Below, piece after piece: positions 10,510-21,609 of a stretch of 64,000 bases of DNA. Source of the stretch: an uncultured Candidatus Saccharibacteria bacterium. Its GTDB lineage: Bacteria; Patescibacteriota; Minisyncoccia; Phycocordibacterales; UBA5272. The position numbers and the translations under genes were made by a program. How positions within the stretch are numbered: position 1 is the first letter of the stretch; each line of letters begins with the position of its first letter. A model generated the notes under the pieces. That model was not told the DNA's origin. It did no database searches and was given only the letters and a program-made list of their open reading frames with translations. The DNA lies in assembly GCA_964635125.1 (NCBI GenBank), contig CAZWMQ010000001.1, forward strand, positions 84,386 to 148,385, read 5' to 3'.

Positions 10510-11868
10510 ATGAATTTTTCTAGATTTTTAAATTTTAAAGGAATTATAATTGGAGTGGCTTTATTTTCAGTGATTATCGCAGTTCTAGGATTTTCTGGGA
10601 AGATTCCAATTTTTAATTCGACGGCTAAACAGAAATTAACTGGGACTTTACAAGTCTGAGGGACAATTCCTCAGGAAGCTATGAATGGTTTTGTTGATAA
10701 TTTTGATAAGACTGCCAAGACCTATAATATGGTTTATACCGAAGTCAAAGAAAAAGATATTAATCAGAAATTAATTTTAGCCTTAGCTGATGGATATGCT
10801 CCGGATCTATTAATTACACCGTCGGAAGTGGTCTTTGCTAATCAGAATAGATTATTACCAATTTCTAAGACTACTATAACTGAGACTGATTTTCGAAATT
10901 TATTTATCGATGGAGCTTCAATTTTGATTGATAGTAGTGGGTATTTAGGCTTACCATTATCTATAGATCCTCTAGTTCTTTATTATAATCGAGATATTTT
11001 ATCAAGTAATGGTTTTTCAGATCCTCCATTATACTGAGGTGATCTTTATAATTATGATACAAAAATTACCAAAAAAGATGATAGCGGTAATATAACGATG
11101 TCAACAATTGCTTTTGGAACTTATAATAATATTCCTAATATTACAGATACTATTATTGCTATGATTATGCAACAAGGTCAAACTCCAATTGATAGAAATT
11201 TTGTGAAAGATTCAGTCGGTAATTATTCAGTAGGTTATCAAGTTAATTTTAATACCGCAGTTAAGGAAGGTAATATTTCTCCATTAAATTCGGCTTTAGC
11301 TTTTACAAAAGATTTCTCGGACTCTTTAAAACCAGTCTATAATTGGGATATTACCAAAAGAAATGCTTTATCAGAATTTATTTCTGGAAATTTAGCTTTT
11401 TATGTTGGTTTTGCTTCGGAGGCTAATTATATTAAAAGCGCTAATCAAAAATTATATTTTGACTATACAACGATTCCGCAAATAGATGGTAATAATTTAA
11501 AGACTACTTATGGTAATCTTTATACTATTTCTATGTTGAAGACAAGCCCTAATCAAAATCTAGCTTATCAAGTAATGGTGGCTTTAGCTACGGGAGAATT
11601 TAGTCAATATTTAGTACCTTTAACCGGAGGAGTTTCAGCTTTAAAGGTTAATATTACTCAAGGTATACAAAGTGGAGATCATACCGCTTCTGTTTTTGGG
11701 TCTTCTGCTTTGATTGCTAAGACATTTTACGATTTACATAGAGATAATTTAGAGAGTTTAATGGCCAGAGCTATTAATCAGATTTATAGTGGGGAGAAGA
11801 GTACAGTTGAAGCAGCCAATGATTTAACAGATCAATTACAAACAGTTTACAATAATATTAATCAATAA
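10510..11868 (+). CDS. Membrane-anchored extracellular solute-binding-protein-like (SBP family 1-like) protein; 2 UGA-Trp codons merge ORFs 10681.. and 11098..
   Basis: Same reading frame across both TGAs; N-terminal TM; sugar-type SBP-like sequence features. Confidence 0.45.
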
Positions 11869-11871
11869 AAT

Positions 11872-12783
11872 ATGAAAATTAATTTTAATAAATTTACCAA
11901 GCTAAAGAAAATAAGTTCAACTTTTATTTTAATTTTAATTTTTGTAAGTTTTATTTATAATTTGAATATAGGGAAAGTCTATGCAGTTAATCAAGAAAAG
12001 TTAGACCAGTCTTTTCAAAGTATTAATAGTTTAAGCGATAGTCGGACTGGACTTTTAACTTGTGATCCTAATGCCGCTCAAGATAGTTCAAGTTCTTGTA
12101 CTCCTAAATCAGCAATTTTACTAGGAGTTAAATTAGCTCAAGTTTTAATTTATATAATTATCATAGCTTTAATTCTGTTTCTAATAATTGGAGGTATTGG
12201 TTATGTTTACAACGGTAAGAATCCTGGCTATTTAAATAAATGGAAAAAACATATTAAAAACGCTGTCTATGCTTTATTAATTATTGTTTTTGGTATGGTT
12301 TTAGTTTTTGGATTATTAAGTGCTTTTAGATTTAAGTCGGATGTTTTAAATTTTATTAAAAATTTATTCGCTAATTTAAATTTTCAGATTATTCAGCATA
12401 GTTATGCCCAATCTTTATCATCTTTAGCCGAGAAGAGTACGAACGGAGAATATACTAATTTTTTCCCGGGACAGACTATTACTAGTATAATTTTAACTTC
12501 TATTAAATTTTTTATAAACTATATTGCCGCCCCAGCTTTAATTTTTGCAACGATTTGGTCTGGAGTCAGATTTGTTGCTGCTCAAGGTAACACCGATAAA
12601 TTAGTCAAAGCTAAGAAATTTGCTTTTAGAGTGGTAATTGGAATAATTGTAGCCGCGGCAGCTTATTCCGCATCTTCAATTTTTCTAAATACCATAAACG
12701 GAGTAGCTAAAGAATCTAGTTCGGTTAAGATAATAAATAAAAGCATTGGAAATTTAAATATAAACAACTTTAGATTCTTCTAA
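11872..12783 (+). CDS. Pilin-like membrane protein (signal peptide, Cys-containing region, two TM helices)
   Basis: 303 aa; architecture resembles the VirB2/TrbC-like small proteins downstream. Confidence 0.35.
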   Translation: MKINFNKFTKLKKISSTFILILIFVSFIYNLNIGKVYAVNQEKLDQSFQSINSLSDSRTGLLTCDPNAAQDSSSSCTPKSAILLGVKLAQVLIYIIIIALILFLIIGGIGYVYNGKNPGYLNKWKKHIKNAVYALLIIVFGMVLVFGLLSAFRFKSDVLNFIKNLFANLNFQIIQHSYAQSLSSLAEKSTNGEYTNFFPGQTITSIILTSIKFFINYIAAPALIFATIWSGVRFVAAQGNTDKLVKAKKFAFRVVIGIIVAAAAYSASSIFLNTINGVAKESSSVKIINKSIGNLNINNFRFF

Positions 12784-12832
12784 TAATCTTAAAATTAGAT
12801 ATTTTTCTTATGTTATAATTTTAGATAAAGAT

Positions 12833-13591
12833 ATGTCAAATTATAATAAATTTTTTCAAAAGTCAATTAAGTTTATTTTTGTATTTTTTTCAATTTATAT
12901 TTCTAATGTAATAATTTCTAAAGCTCAAGCTACTTTACCAGATTTTCAGGATATTGGAGGGTTGATTAAAAATTTTAATAGCAATATCTTACAGAATTTA
13001 GTCATATTATTGAGTGGAGTGGCAGTGGTTCTATTTTTATATGGATTAGTTAGATTTATTTTTCATCGTTCACAGGGAGGGGAATCTAGTAAATTAAAAG
13101 ATGATAAGAAGAATATGTTATGAGGTTTAGGAGCATTGTTTGTTTTAGTTACTTTATGGGGAATAATTGCTTTGGCTCAAGATATTTTAGGGGTAGATAA
13201 GAATAATAATATTCATATTCCAAAGATATGTGTTAGTGATAACTGTGATACGGTCTCATCTAATCCTGGTGGTGGCGGAGTGGTTAGCTCCATAGCTACT
13301 TGTCCAACTGGAACTATTGTAGCAACAGACGGATCTTGTCTTCCAAAAGTCCCAAGAGATACAAGTTGTGCGGACGGTTATATTAGAGACAGCAATACTA
13401 ATGAATGTGTAAAAGATACGAATTCTCCCGATACCCCCGATACTTCCAATATTAACAGTAAGAAATCTCCGGGAGCGATATGTACAGTTTTATCTGGCGG
13501 GAATAGTAATACTGAGTGTACAGAAGGATATTACTGTAAAAGTTCCACCCAGGTCACGGGTTCAATTGGTAAATGCACCAAACTCCCTTAA
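12833..13591 (+). CDS. VirB2/TrbC-like two-TM pilin-like protein with Cys-rich C-terminal domain (ORFs 12833 and 13136 joined via UGA-Trp)
   Basis: Signal peptide, TM1, short loop, TM2 (LFVLVTLWGIIALAQDILGV), then Cys-rich tail; same frame across TGA at 13121-13123. Confidence 0.45.
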
Positions 13592-13608
13592 TTTAATATT
13601 AAATATTT

Positions 13609-14523
13609 ATGAAAATAAAATTATTAAAATCTTTAAATGTTTTTAAAATATCATTTTTACTTTTTATCTTAAGTCTTTGTTTAAAGATAGGGAGAGCTTT
13701 AGCTCAAGATAATGCCGCTCAATCTACAAATAATTTTAAAGAAACTGCTAACAATATAGTTAATAATGTTTTAACTTCTGCTGGGACTTTATTGATGACG
13801 GCAGCTTTTATTTTATTTTTTTATGGAGTTGTAATGTTTATATATGGTAGAGTAACTAATAAAGGAGATTTAAAAGAATTAGAAAAAGGAAAGCAGTTCA
13901 TGTTATGGGGATTAATTGCTTTATTTGTCATGGTCTCAGCTTGAGGGATAATTAAGCTTGCCCAAGACATCTTTGATATTAAAGGGAATAATATCACTAT
14001 TCAACCAGTACAGTTTGCTCCGCTGGCATCGACCCCAAAACCTCCTGGTGGAGGGGATACTGACAGCATTGTACCTTTACAAGGGCTTGGAGGGTCTTGT
14101 AATACTAATTCAGAATGTCAAAATGGATTACAATGTAGCAATAAAACTTGTGTAAAAAAGTCTGTAAATAATCCTTTACAGAGCGGATCAGATGGTGTAA
14201 TACGAGAAAATCCATTTGCTAATACTGATATTTTTCCATTAATAAAGCCAGGATATAATAATGAAATCTTTTTAGCAAAATTAGTTACTGGTTTAAAAAA
14301 TAAAAAATGTACTCAAGCAACTTACAATAATGAAGTATATATTTTAAACAGTTCCTTTGGTTCTGTTTACGAAGGAGCAGATTTAGAATTTGTTAAACTT
14401 TTTCAAAAAGTAAATGGATTAAGTGCAGATGGGATAGTGGGTAAAGACACTTGGGAGGCTTTATCTGTAACAACAGGAATGAAGACAACTTTTACTGGAA
14501 TTATAGTTAAAGATTGTAAATAG
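13609..14523 (+). CDS. VirB2/TrbC-like two-TM pilin-like protein fused to a C-terminal peptidoglycan-binding (PG_binding_1-like) domain
   Basis: TM2 LIALFVMVSA-W-GIIKLAQDIF spans a UGA; Cys-rich linker; C-terminal GLSADGIVGKDTWEAL motif. Confidence 0.45.
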
Positions 14524-14585
14524 AGCTTATTTCTAAAGGGTTATTTAGGAGAATAACCTTAAATTCAACGAATTAATGCATAAAC

Positions 14586-14614
14586 TTGACATTTATTTTA
14601 CTTTAGTGTATATT
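14586..14614 (+). promoter_or_regulatory. Sigma70-like promoter (TTGACA, 17 bp spacer, TATATT) upstream of the gene at 14695
   Basis: Exact -35 consensus and a near-consensus -10 at optimal spacing. Confidence 0.45.
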
Positions 14615-14694
14615 ATTAGCAGTACTACTGTTCTTTGTATTGAGGTGAATACCTAGTCATAGAGCAGATTTTTTTAATATATTAAAAATTTTTT

Positions 14695-15009
14695 ATGGCT
14701 GAAGAAAAAAAGAAAAAAAGCTCCGGAGCCATTTGGTGGCTCGTTGGAGCAATATTTTTAGGTCCAATGGCTATTAATTTAGCTATGGATGGACTAAATA
14801 ACATAGTCCACACCCTTTCATCCGGAATGGCTTCTTCAAGCCAGGGGATGAAAGAGCTATTAAAAAGCATTATTAGGTTCTTCCTAATGTTGTTTTTGAT
14901 AGCCGGAGTGCTTAAGATTTTCATTTCAGGAATGAAGGAGATGTTTAAGAAAAAAACTTCTCCTTGAAAGATATTCACAAGCCGTCAATTTTGACCGCTT
15001 ATATCTTAA
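14695..15009 (+). CDS. Small two-TM pilin-like membrane protein (104 aa with two UGA-Trp codons)
   Basis: AIWWLVGAIFLGPMAINLAM and IIRFFLMLFLIAGVLKIFI hydrophobic helices; extends 14 aa past the track ORF under table 4. Confidence 0.35.
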
Positions 15010-15210
15010 ATCTATCGTTATGTTGTAATTTTGCGACACTGACGATATCGATTTTCGATATAAGATGTGTCTGAAATGACGGCTTTTTATTTTGAATATT
15101 TTTTATTTCATATTGAATTTTTAAGTTTTTACTCTTGACTTTTTATTAGATAACTAGTAGATTATAAATAGTTAATAATTTTTAATCTTTAATTTTTAAA
15201 AATTTTTGAG

Positions 15211-15399
15211 ATGGGAAAATTAATAATGTTTTGTCTTTTATTAATCGCTTCTTTTAATTCCAGCCATCTTTCTCCCAAAGCTAATAATTTGATAGGAGTA
15301 TTATGGATATTTTTAATTGGTTGGGTCTTATTTATACATAAAGACCCTCCAGTAAAGAAAAAGAAGCGAAGAATCTATTTTGAAGATGACGAAGATTAG
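15211..15399 (+). CDS. Small hypothetical membrane protein
   Basis: 62 aa, two hydrophobic segments. Confidence 0.25.
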   Translation: MGKLIMFCLLLIASFNSSHLSPKANNLIGVLWIFLIGWVLFIHKDPPVKKKKRRIYFEDDED

Positions 15400-15633
15400 G
15401 ACTTTTAAATTATTATAAATATTAGTCTTAATCATATTTAAGGCTATAATTTACTTTTAAGTAAGATAAAATTTAGCCTTTTTATTTTTGTGTATTTTTA
15501 TCTATTCCGGCTAATTTTTTGATATTTTAAAGTTGTGAATAATTAATTTGCCTTATTTTTTTAGATGATATAATTAATTTATAGGTTATTTAGTCAGATA
15601 ATCTTTAAATTATTAACTTATATATAAAATTTT

Positions 15634-16200
15634 ATGAATAAAATTACTAGTATTTTAGGAGGGATTGCTTTAGCTTTTGTTTTTTCAATCTCAGTTACTT
15701 CTACTTCTGCTCAGCAGATTTGTGTAAGTGTTGGAGGGCAACCGGGAACAATTCAAGGTGGTATTTGTATACCAACTGGAGGAGGTGGCCAAAATGGCTA
15801 TATAAATTGTCCAAATGGAACTAGAGTCCCACAAGGTTATCCTTGTCCAAACACTAATACTGTTGGAGGACCAGCTTATACTCAAGGCCAATATCAAAAT
15901 CAAAATCATGCCGCAGATTTGTCTTTCTTTGGTAATTTAATTGCTGGAGTAGGTGGAATTGTTAGAATGTTGCCCCCAATATTATTGGGTATTGCAGTAG
16001 TAATATTCTTCTACTTCTTAATTAAATATTTGATTGCGGGGAAAAATGATCCAAAAGATAGAGCAGGAGCTTTAAAGGGATTATTATATTCACTGCTAGC
16101 TATATTTATTATGGTAGCTTTATGGGGAATAATTGCTTTCTTTGGTGATGCCTTAGGCATTAATCCAAATACTCAAGTTAATGCTATAAGATTACCATAG
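15634..16200 (+). CDS. VirB2/TrbC-like two-TM pilin-like protein with Cys/Gly-rich N-terminal extracellular region
   Basis: Signal peptide; TM2 LLAIFIMVALWGIIAFFGDALGI is paralogous to 12833 and 13609. Confidence 0.45.
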   Translation: MNKITSILGGIALAFVFSISVTSTSAQQICVSVGGQPGTIQGGICIPTGGGGQNGYINCPNGTRVPQGYPCPNTNTVGGPAYTQGQYQNQNHAADLSFFGNLIAGVGGIVRMLPPILLGIAVVIFFYFLIKYLIAGKNDPKDRAGALKGLLYSLLAIFIMVALWGIIAFFGDALGINPNTQVNAIRLP

Positions 16201-16292
16201 TAAAGTTTATAAAGATTATCTAACTATAAAAATAAAATCACTTTAAAAGATAAAGTGATTTTATTTTTATCTTATGTTACAATAATATTAAT

Positions 16293-16541
16293 ATGGAAGG
16301 AGTTAATAAGGTAGCTAATTCAGTAATAGATCAATTTATAAATCCCGCAGTTTATTTATTATCAGCCTTTGCTTTCGTGTGGTTTTTATATGGAGTAGCT
16401 TTATTTATTTATCATAAAAAAAATGGGAATACAGAGGGAGTAAGTACGGGGAAAAGACATATGATATGAGGCATGGTTGGATTAATTATAATTTATTCAG
16501 CCTCAGCTATTTATACATTTATTACTGGATTTTTTAATTAA
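16293..16541 (+). CDS. Small two-TM pilin-like protein (82 aa, one UGA-Trp)
   Basis: FAFVWFLYGVALFIY ... HMIWGMVGLIIIY; same family motif as the neighbouring paralogs. Confidence 0.35.
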
Positions 16542-16559
16542 ATAATTTGGAATATAGTT

Positions 16560-17999
16560 ATGAGTAAAGAAAAAAAGGAAAATGATTTAATGATTGAAAT
16601 GGTGGCATTTCTAAAAAGCCGAGGATTTATTTATCCATCGAGTGAGATTTATGGAGGACTAGCTGGAGTATATGATTATGGTCATTATGGATATTTATTA
16701 TTAAGAAATATTAAAGAAGCTTGGATGAGAAGTATGATACAAGTTCGTGATGATGTTTATGCACTGGACTCAGCGATATTTATGCATCCAACCACTTGGA
16801 AGGCCTCTGGTCATGTGGATACTTTCAATGATCCAATGGTGGATTGTAGTAATTGTCAGAATAGATTTAGAGCCGATCATATTTTAGAGAGATTTGGAAT
16901 CAAGGCTGATAAAGAAAGTCTCGAGTTTATTAATCAAGAATTAGATAAATTAAGAGAAGAAAAGAAACTCATCTGCGAAGTTTGTGGAAAGGCAACTTTA
17001 ACTAAGGCGAAAGTATTTTCTCTTATGGTGAAAAGTAATCTTGGATCTCCAACCGAAGTATTGTCTGAAGAGAATGTAGTTTATCTAAGACCAGAGACTT
17101 GCGGAGGAATTTATTTAGAGTATAAGAATGTTTTAGACTCACTTCATCCAAAGTTGCCGTTTGGTATTGCTCAGATTGGGAAAGCTTTTCGAAATGAGAT
17201 TGTCACTAAGCAATTTGTTTTTAGAACTCGCGAGTTTGAACAGATGGAAATGCAGTATTTTTTCAATCCTAAAGATTTAGACGGGGTTGCCACCGAAAAA
17301 TATTTTAATAGTTGGAAAGAATATCGTTATAATTTCTATTTAGATTATGGGATTAAGAAAGAGAGTTTAAACTTTTATAAACATGAGAAATTAGCTCATT
17401 ATGCAAAAGATGCATATGATATAGAGTATAAATATAAAATGTTAGGGGATAATTTTAAAGAGTTAGAAGGAATACATGCGAGAGGTGATTGGGATTTATC
17501 TCAACATTCAAAATTCTCCGGGAAGGATTTAAGTTATTTCGATGAAGTAAGTAAAGAGAGATTTATTCCACATATTATTGAAACTTCGGTAGGAGTAGCC
17601 AGAATGATGCTAGCTTTTATCGACCAAGCTTATATTAAAGAAAGTGTTCAAAATAATAAAGGAGAGAGTGAAGAGAGAATTGTGCTTAAATTAGATAAAA
17701 GACTTTCCCCAGTTAAAGTAGCCATTTTACCATTAATGAAAAAGGAAGAATTGGTAAATGGGGCACAAAATATATGGAGAGAATTTAATCAGAAATATTT
17801 CTGTGAGTTCGATATCTCTGGCTCAATTGGGAAAAGATATCGAAGACAAGATGAGATTGGAACTCCATATTGCATAACTTATGATTATGAGAGTTTGAAT
17901 GATGAAGCGGTGACAGTTAGAGATCGAGATAATATGGAGCAGGAGAGAGTAAAGATTTCAGAATTAAAAAGTTATTTAGAAAATAAATTAGGATTTTAA
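16560..17999 (+). CDS. glyS: Glycyl-tRNA synthetase, alpha2 dimeric type
   Basis: 479 aa; class II aaRS motifs and alpha2-GlyRS-specific sequence (YGGLAGVYDYG). Confidence 0.9.
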   Translation: MSKEKKENDLMIEMVAFLKSRGFIYPSSEIYGGLAGVYDYGHYGYLLLRNIKEAWMRSMIQVRDDVYALDSAIFMHPTTWKASGHVDTFNDPMVDCSNCQNRFRADHILERFGIKADKESLEFINQELDKLREEKKLICEVCGKATLTKAKVFSLMVKSNLGSPTEVLSEENVVYLRPETCGGIYLEYKNVLDSLHPKLPFGIAQIGKAFRNEIVTKQFVFRTREFEQMEMQYFFNPKDLDGVATEKYFNSWKEYRYNFYLDYGIKKESLNFYKHEKLAHYAKDAYDIEYKYKMLGDNFKELEGIHARGDWDLSQHSKFSGKDLSYFDEVSKERFIPHIIETSVGVARMMLAFIDQAYIKESVQNNKGESEERIVLKLDKRLSPVKVAILPLMKKEELVNGAQNIWREFNQKYFCEFDISGSIGKRYRRQDEIGTPYCITYDYESLNDEAVTVRDRDNMEQERVKISELKSYLENKLGF

Positions 18000-18074
18000 A
18001 TTATTATAAAATATTTATTTATTTGCAAAAAAGTGAAAAATATAGTATATTTCAGAAATCATCAAATATTTATA

Positions 18075-18229
18075 TGGCTCAGAAACAACTTATAAAATTA
18101 GTAAATAAAACTACCGGGACTACTTATACTACTCGTAAAAATAAGAAATTAGTTACCCGTAAAATTGAGTTAAAAAAATACGATAAAAAACTTCGTAAGA
18201 GAGTGGTTTTTAAGGAAGCTAAAAAATAA
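18075..18229 (+). CDS. rpmG: 50S ribosomal protein L33
   Basis: TTGTTYTTRKNKK..KIELKKYD.KLRK sequence; start at the internal ATG of track ORF 18023. Confidence 0.8.
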
Positions 18230-18270
18230 TTGTCGTTTTTAAATAAGAGATTGAAATTAAATATAAAATT

Positions 18271-18903
18271 ATGTTAAGTCTTAAATATACTAAGAGAAAT
18301 AAAGGGGAAAATAAAGAAGGAATGCTAAAGGCAGTTTATTATAGTCCAAAAGAAAAACCAGAGTCAATTTTTATTGATAGTATTGAATTTGAAAAAGTTT
18401 ATAGAGAGTCTGGTAAAAGTTCAATAATTAATTTAGACGGAGAGAGGAAATTGCAAGCTTTAGTTCAAGATATTTCTTATGATCCAGTCAAATATGAGCC
18501 AATTCATGTAGATTTCTATATTGTGGAGAAAGGAGCTAAGATTGATACCGAAGTACCATTAGAATTTATTGGAGTTTCGGAAGCTGTAAAAACTTTAGGG
18601 GGGAATTTAGTAAAAGTGTTACACGAATTACATATTGAGGCTGAAGCTGATAAATTACCACATAAGATTGAAGTAGACATTTCAAGTTTAATAGGTCTTG
18701 ATTCAGTAATTAAAGTTAAGGATTTAGTTTTACCAACCGGAGTAACTTTATATCATATCGATCCCGAAGAGATTGTAGCTTCAATCGCAATTCATCAAGA
18801 AGAAGATTTATCAGCTCCGACAGCTTCCGTTGATATGGAGAGTGTAGAAGTAGCTGAAAAAGGTAAGAAAGAAGAAGATACTGAAGTCAAAACCGAAGCT
18901 TAG
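18271..18903 (+). CDS. rplY: 50S ribosomal protein L25 / general stress protein Ctc
   Basis: 210 aa; L25 N-domain plus acidic C-terminal tail. Confidence 0.8.
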   Translation: MLSLKYTKRNKGENKEGMLKAVYYSPKEKPESIFIDSIEFEKVYRESGKSSIINLDGERKLQALVQDISYDPVKYEPIHVDFYIVEKGAKIDTEVPLEFIGVSEAVKTLGGNLVKVLHELHIEAEADKLPHKIEVDISSLIGLDSVIKVKDLVLPTGVTLYHIDPEEIVASIAIHQEEDLSAPTASVDMESVEVAEKGKKEEDTEVKTEA

Positions 18904-18972
18904 TCCGAGTGGGAGATTTTAATGTTAAGAAATATTTAGGTGAATTAGTATTAATGATATAATATTTTTATT

Positions 18973-20343
18973 ATGGTTTTTAAATATAATTTTAGACAAT
19001 TTTGTCTAATTATAGGCGTAATTACTTTAATTAGTGGAGTAGTTTTTTTTTCTAATTTAAATAGTCATAAGATATATGCCGAAACTCCTCAATGCAATAC
19101 TCCTGAAGAAAAAATACAATGTAATAAAGATTTAGATGATTTGAATCAGCAGATTCAGCAATTAGGTCAATATATTTCTCAGAATAAAGATCAGCAAGCT
19201 TCTTTGTCCAGGGATATAAATATTTTAAAGGCAGAGATTAGTAAGAAGACTTTAGAAATTCAAAAGGCTAATAATAATATATATTCGCTATCCAATAAAA
19301 TAACTGAAAAAAATATAGAATTAAATGATTTAGCTGATACTTTAGATAAACAAAAATTAGCTTTAGCTTTAGCTCTGAGGAATTTATATGTATTTGACGG
19401 AGCTAATAATTTTGTAAATATGCTTTTAGATAATAAAAGTCTATCACAATTTTTTGAAGATTCTGATAATATGATTGCCTTACAAGGAGCAATTAATCAA
19501 GATGTAGATAGTATAAAGACTACTAGCAATCAAGTTAATCAAGTTAAAAATGATCTGGAAGATAGTAAAGATACACAAGTCGCCTTAAGAGAACAGCAAC
19601 AAGCTGATAAGAAGAAAATCGACTCCTCAAAGCAGGCTAAAAATGATTTATTGACTGAAACTAAAGGTCAAGAAGCAGTTTATAATGAACAATTAAAAGA
19701 TAAACAAGCTAAAGCCGCTCAAATTAGAGCTGCCTTATTTTCTTTTGCTGGAGGAGAAACAAAAGCTATACCATTTGGAGATGCTTTAACTTATGCTGAG
19801 ACTGCTGAAGCTAAAACTGGAGTTCCAGCAGCTTTTGTTCTTTCTATATTACAACAAGAATCAGCACTCGGAGCTAATGTCGGTAAATGTTATTTAAGTG
19901 ATACAGAAAGCGGAGCTGGTTATAATATTAATACTAAACAACAATTTCCAAATGTGATGAAGGCCAGTAGAGATTTGCCAGGATTTTTAAATATTACCAA
20001 TCGTTTAAGTATTAACCCATTAGCAACGGTAGTATCTTGCCCAATTCCATCGGCAGGTGGTTATGGTGGTGCAATGGGTCCAGCTCAATTTATACCATCA
20101 ACTTGATTATCAATTGAAGACGGGGCTGGAGTATTTAATCCTTGGAATGCAAAAGATGCAATTATAGCTTCATCATATTATTTATCAACTTTAGGAGCAG
20201 GAGAAACTTATACTTCTCAAATTAAAGCCGCTTGTCGATATTATGGAACAGGCGGAGGTACATGTTCATATGGTAGATCGGTTATGTCTAAAGTTGATGA
20301 TACTCAGACTAAGATTGATTATATTAAGCAATATGGGCAATAA
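18973..20343 (+). CDS. Secreted coiled-coil protein with C-terminal lytic transglycosylase (SLT-like) domain; one UGA-Trp at 20104-20106
   Basis: N-terminal TM/signal, long Q/K/D-rich coiled coil, then AFVLSILQQESALG, an SLT E-S catalytic-type motif; continuous frame through to 20343. Confidence 0.5.
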
Positions 20344-20416
20344 GTAATAATAATTTAACCCTTGAAAAAAAGTCAGAAATCTGTTAAGATAATTAAACTT
20401 AATATATATATAAAAT

Positions 20417-21091
20417 ATGTCAGAAATTGTTAATTTATCAATCGAAGAATTAGCTAAAGCCGGAGTCGGCTATGGTTATCGTAAAGTTCTCCGAAACCAA
20501 AGCACTAAAAGATTTATTGATTCTACTCAAAATGGTATTGATATTATTGATTTAGATAAGACTAAGGAATCTTTAAAAGAAGCGGTTGAATTTCTTAAAA
20601 AAGTTAGAGAAGAAAATAAAAAGATTATTTTTATTGGAGAGAAACCAGAAATTTCTAATATTGTAAAAGAAGTAGCTTTGGCTTTAGGAGAAGCTTATAT
20701 TACTAATAGATTTATTGGTGGATCAATTACTAATTTTCCACAAATAAAGAAAAGAATTGAAAAATTACATAAAATGTTGGATGAGAAAGATAAAGGCGAG
20801 TGGAATAAGTTTACTAAGAAAGAGCAATTATTATTACAGAGAGAATTAAATAAATTAGATAAGAATTTTAGCGGTATTTCTAATTTAACTAATTTACCTG
20901 GAGCTATCGTTGTAGTTGATTCTAAATTTGAAGATATTCCAGTCAAAGAAGCCGGTATTTCTCATGTTCCGGTAGTATCATTATCAAATACTGATTGTGA
21001 TATTTCAACAATTGAATATCCAATAGTTTGTAACGACTCTTCTAAAAGTTCAGTGGAATTATTATTAAACATTATTAAGAATAATATTTAA
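20417..21091 (+). CDS. rpsB: 30S ribosomal protein S2
   Basis: 224 aa; S2 family sequence (LAKAGVGYGYR.V.RNQS...FI.GG..TN); rpsB-tsf linkage. Confidence 0.85.
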   Translation: MSEIVNLSIEELAKAGVGYGYRKVLRNQSTKRFIDSTQNGIDIIDLDKTKESLKEAVEFLKKVREENKKIIFIGEKPEISNIVKEVALALGEAYITNRFIGGSITNFPQIKKRIEKLHKMLDEKDKGEWNKFTKKEQLLLQRELNKLDKNFSGISNLTNLPGAIVVVDSKFEDIPVKEAGISHVPVVSLSNTDCDISTIEYPIVCNDSSKSSVELLLNIIKNNI

Positions 21092-21105
21092 GATAGAAAT
21101 AAACT

Positions 21106-21579
21106 ATGTCTACAGAGATAATCAAAGAATTAAGAGATAAAACCTCTTTACCACTTGGAGAAATTAAAAAAGCCCTCGATGCTTCCGGTGGCGATAAAGA
21201 TAAAGCTTTAGAAATATTAGCTGAAAAAGCAAAATCAGTTGCTGAGAAGAAGAGTGATCGAGAATTAGGAGCTGGAATTATTGGGGTATATATTTATGGT
21301 GGAGGAACGAGTACTGCGATGGTTGAATTAATGAGTGAGACAGACTTCGTGTCTAAAAACGAAGAGTTTAAAAAGTTAGCTAATGATATTGCTTTTCATA
21401 TCGTAGCCATGAATCCAAGCTCAATTGATAATGAAGATGGATTAGGTGAAGAAACAGCACTATTAAAGCAAGCTTACATTAAAGATCCATCTCAAACTAT
21501 TTCTCAAATGATAGAATCAGCTGTTCAAAAATTTGGTGAGAATATTAAAGTTAATAAGTTTATTAGATATTCAATCTAA
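21106..21579 (+). CDS. tsf: Elongation factor Ts (short form)
   Basis: 157 aa; N-terminal UBA-like motif IKELRDKTSLPLGEIKKAL; follows rpsB. Confidence 0.8.
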   Translation: MSTEIIKELRDKTSLPLGEIKKALDASGGDKDKALEILAEKAKSVAEKKSDRELGAGIIGVYIYGGGTSTAMVELMSETDFVSKNEEFKKLANDIAFHIVAMNPSSIDNEDGLGEETALLKQAYIKDPSQTISQMIESAVQKFGENIKVNKFIRYSI

Positions 21580-21609
21580 TATATAACCTCTTTAAAGAGG
21601 GTAGATATT

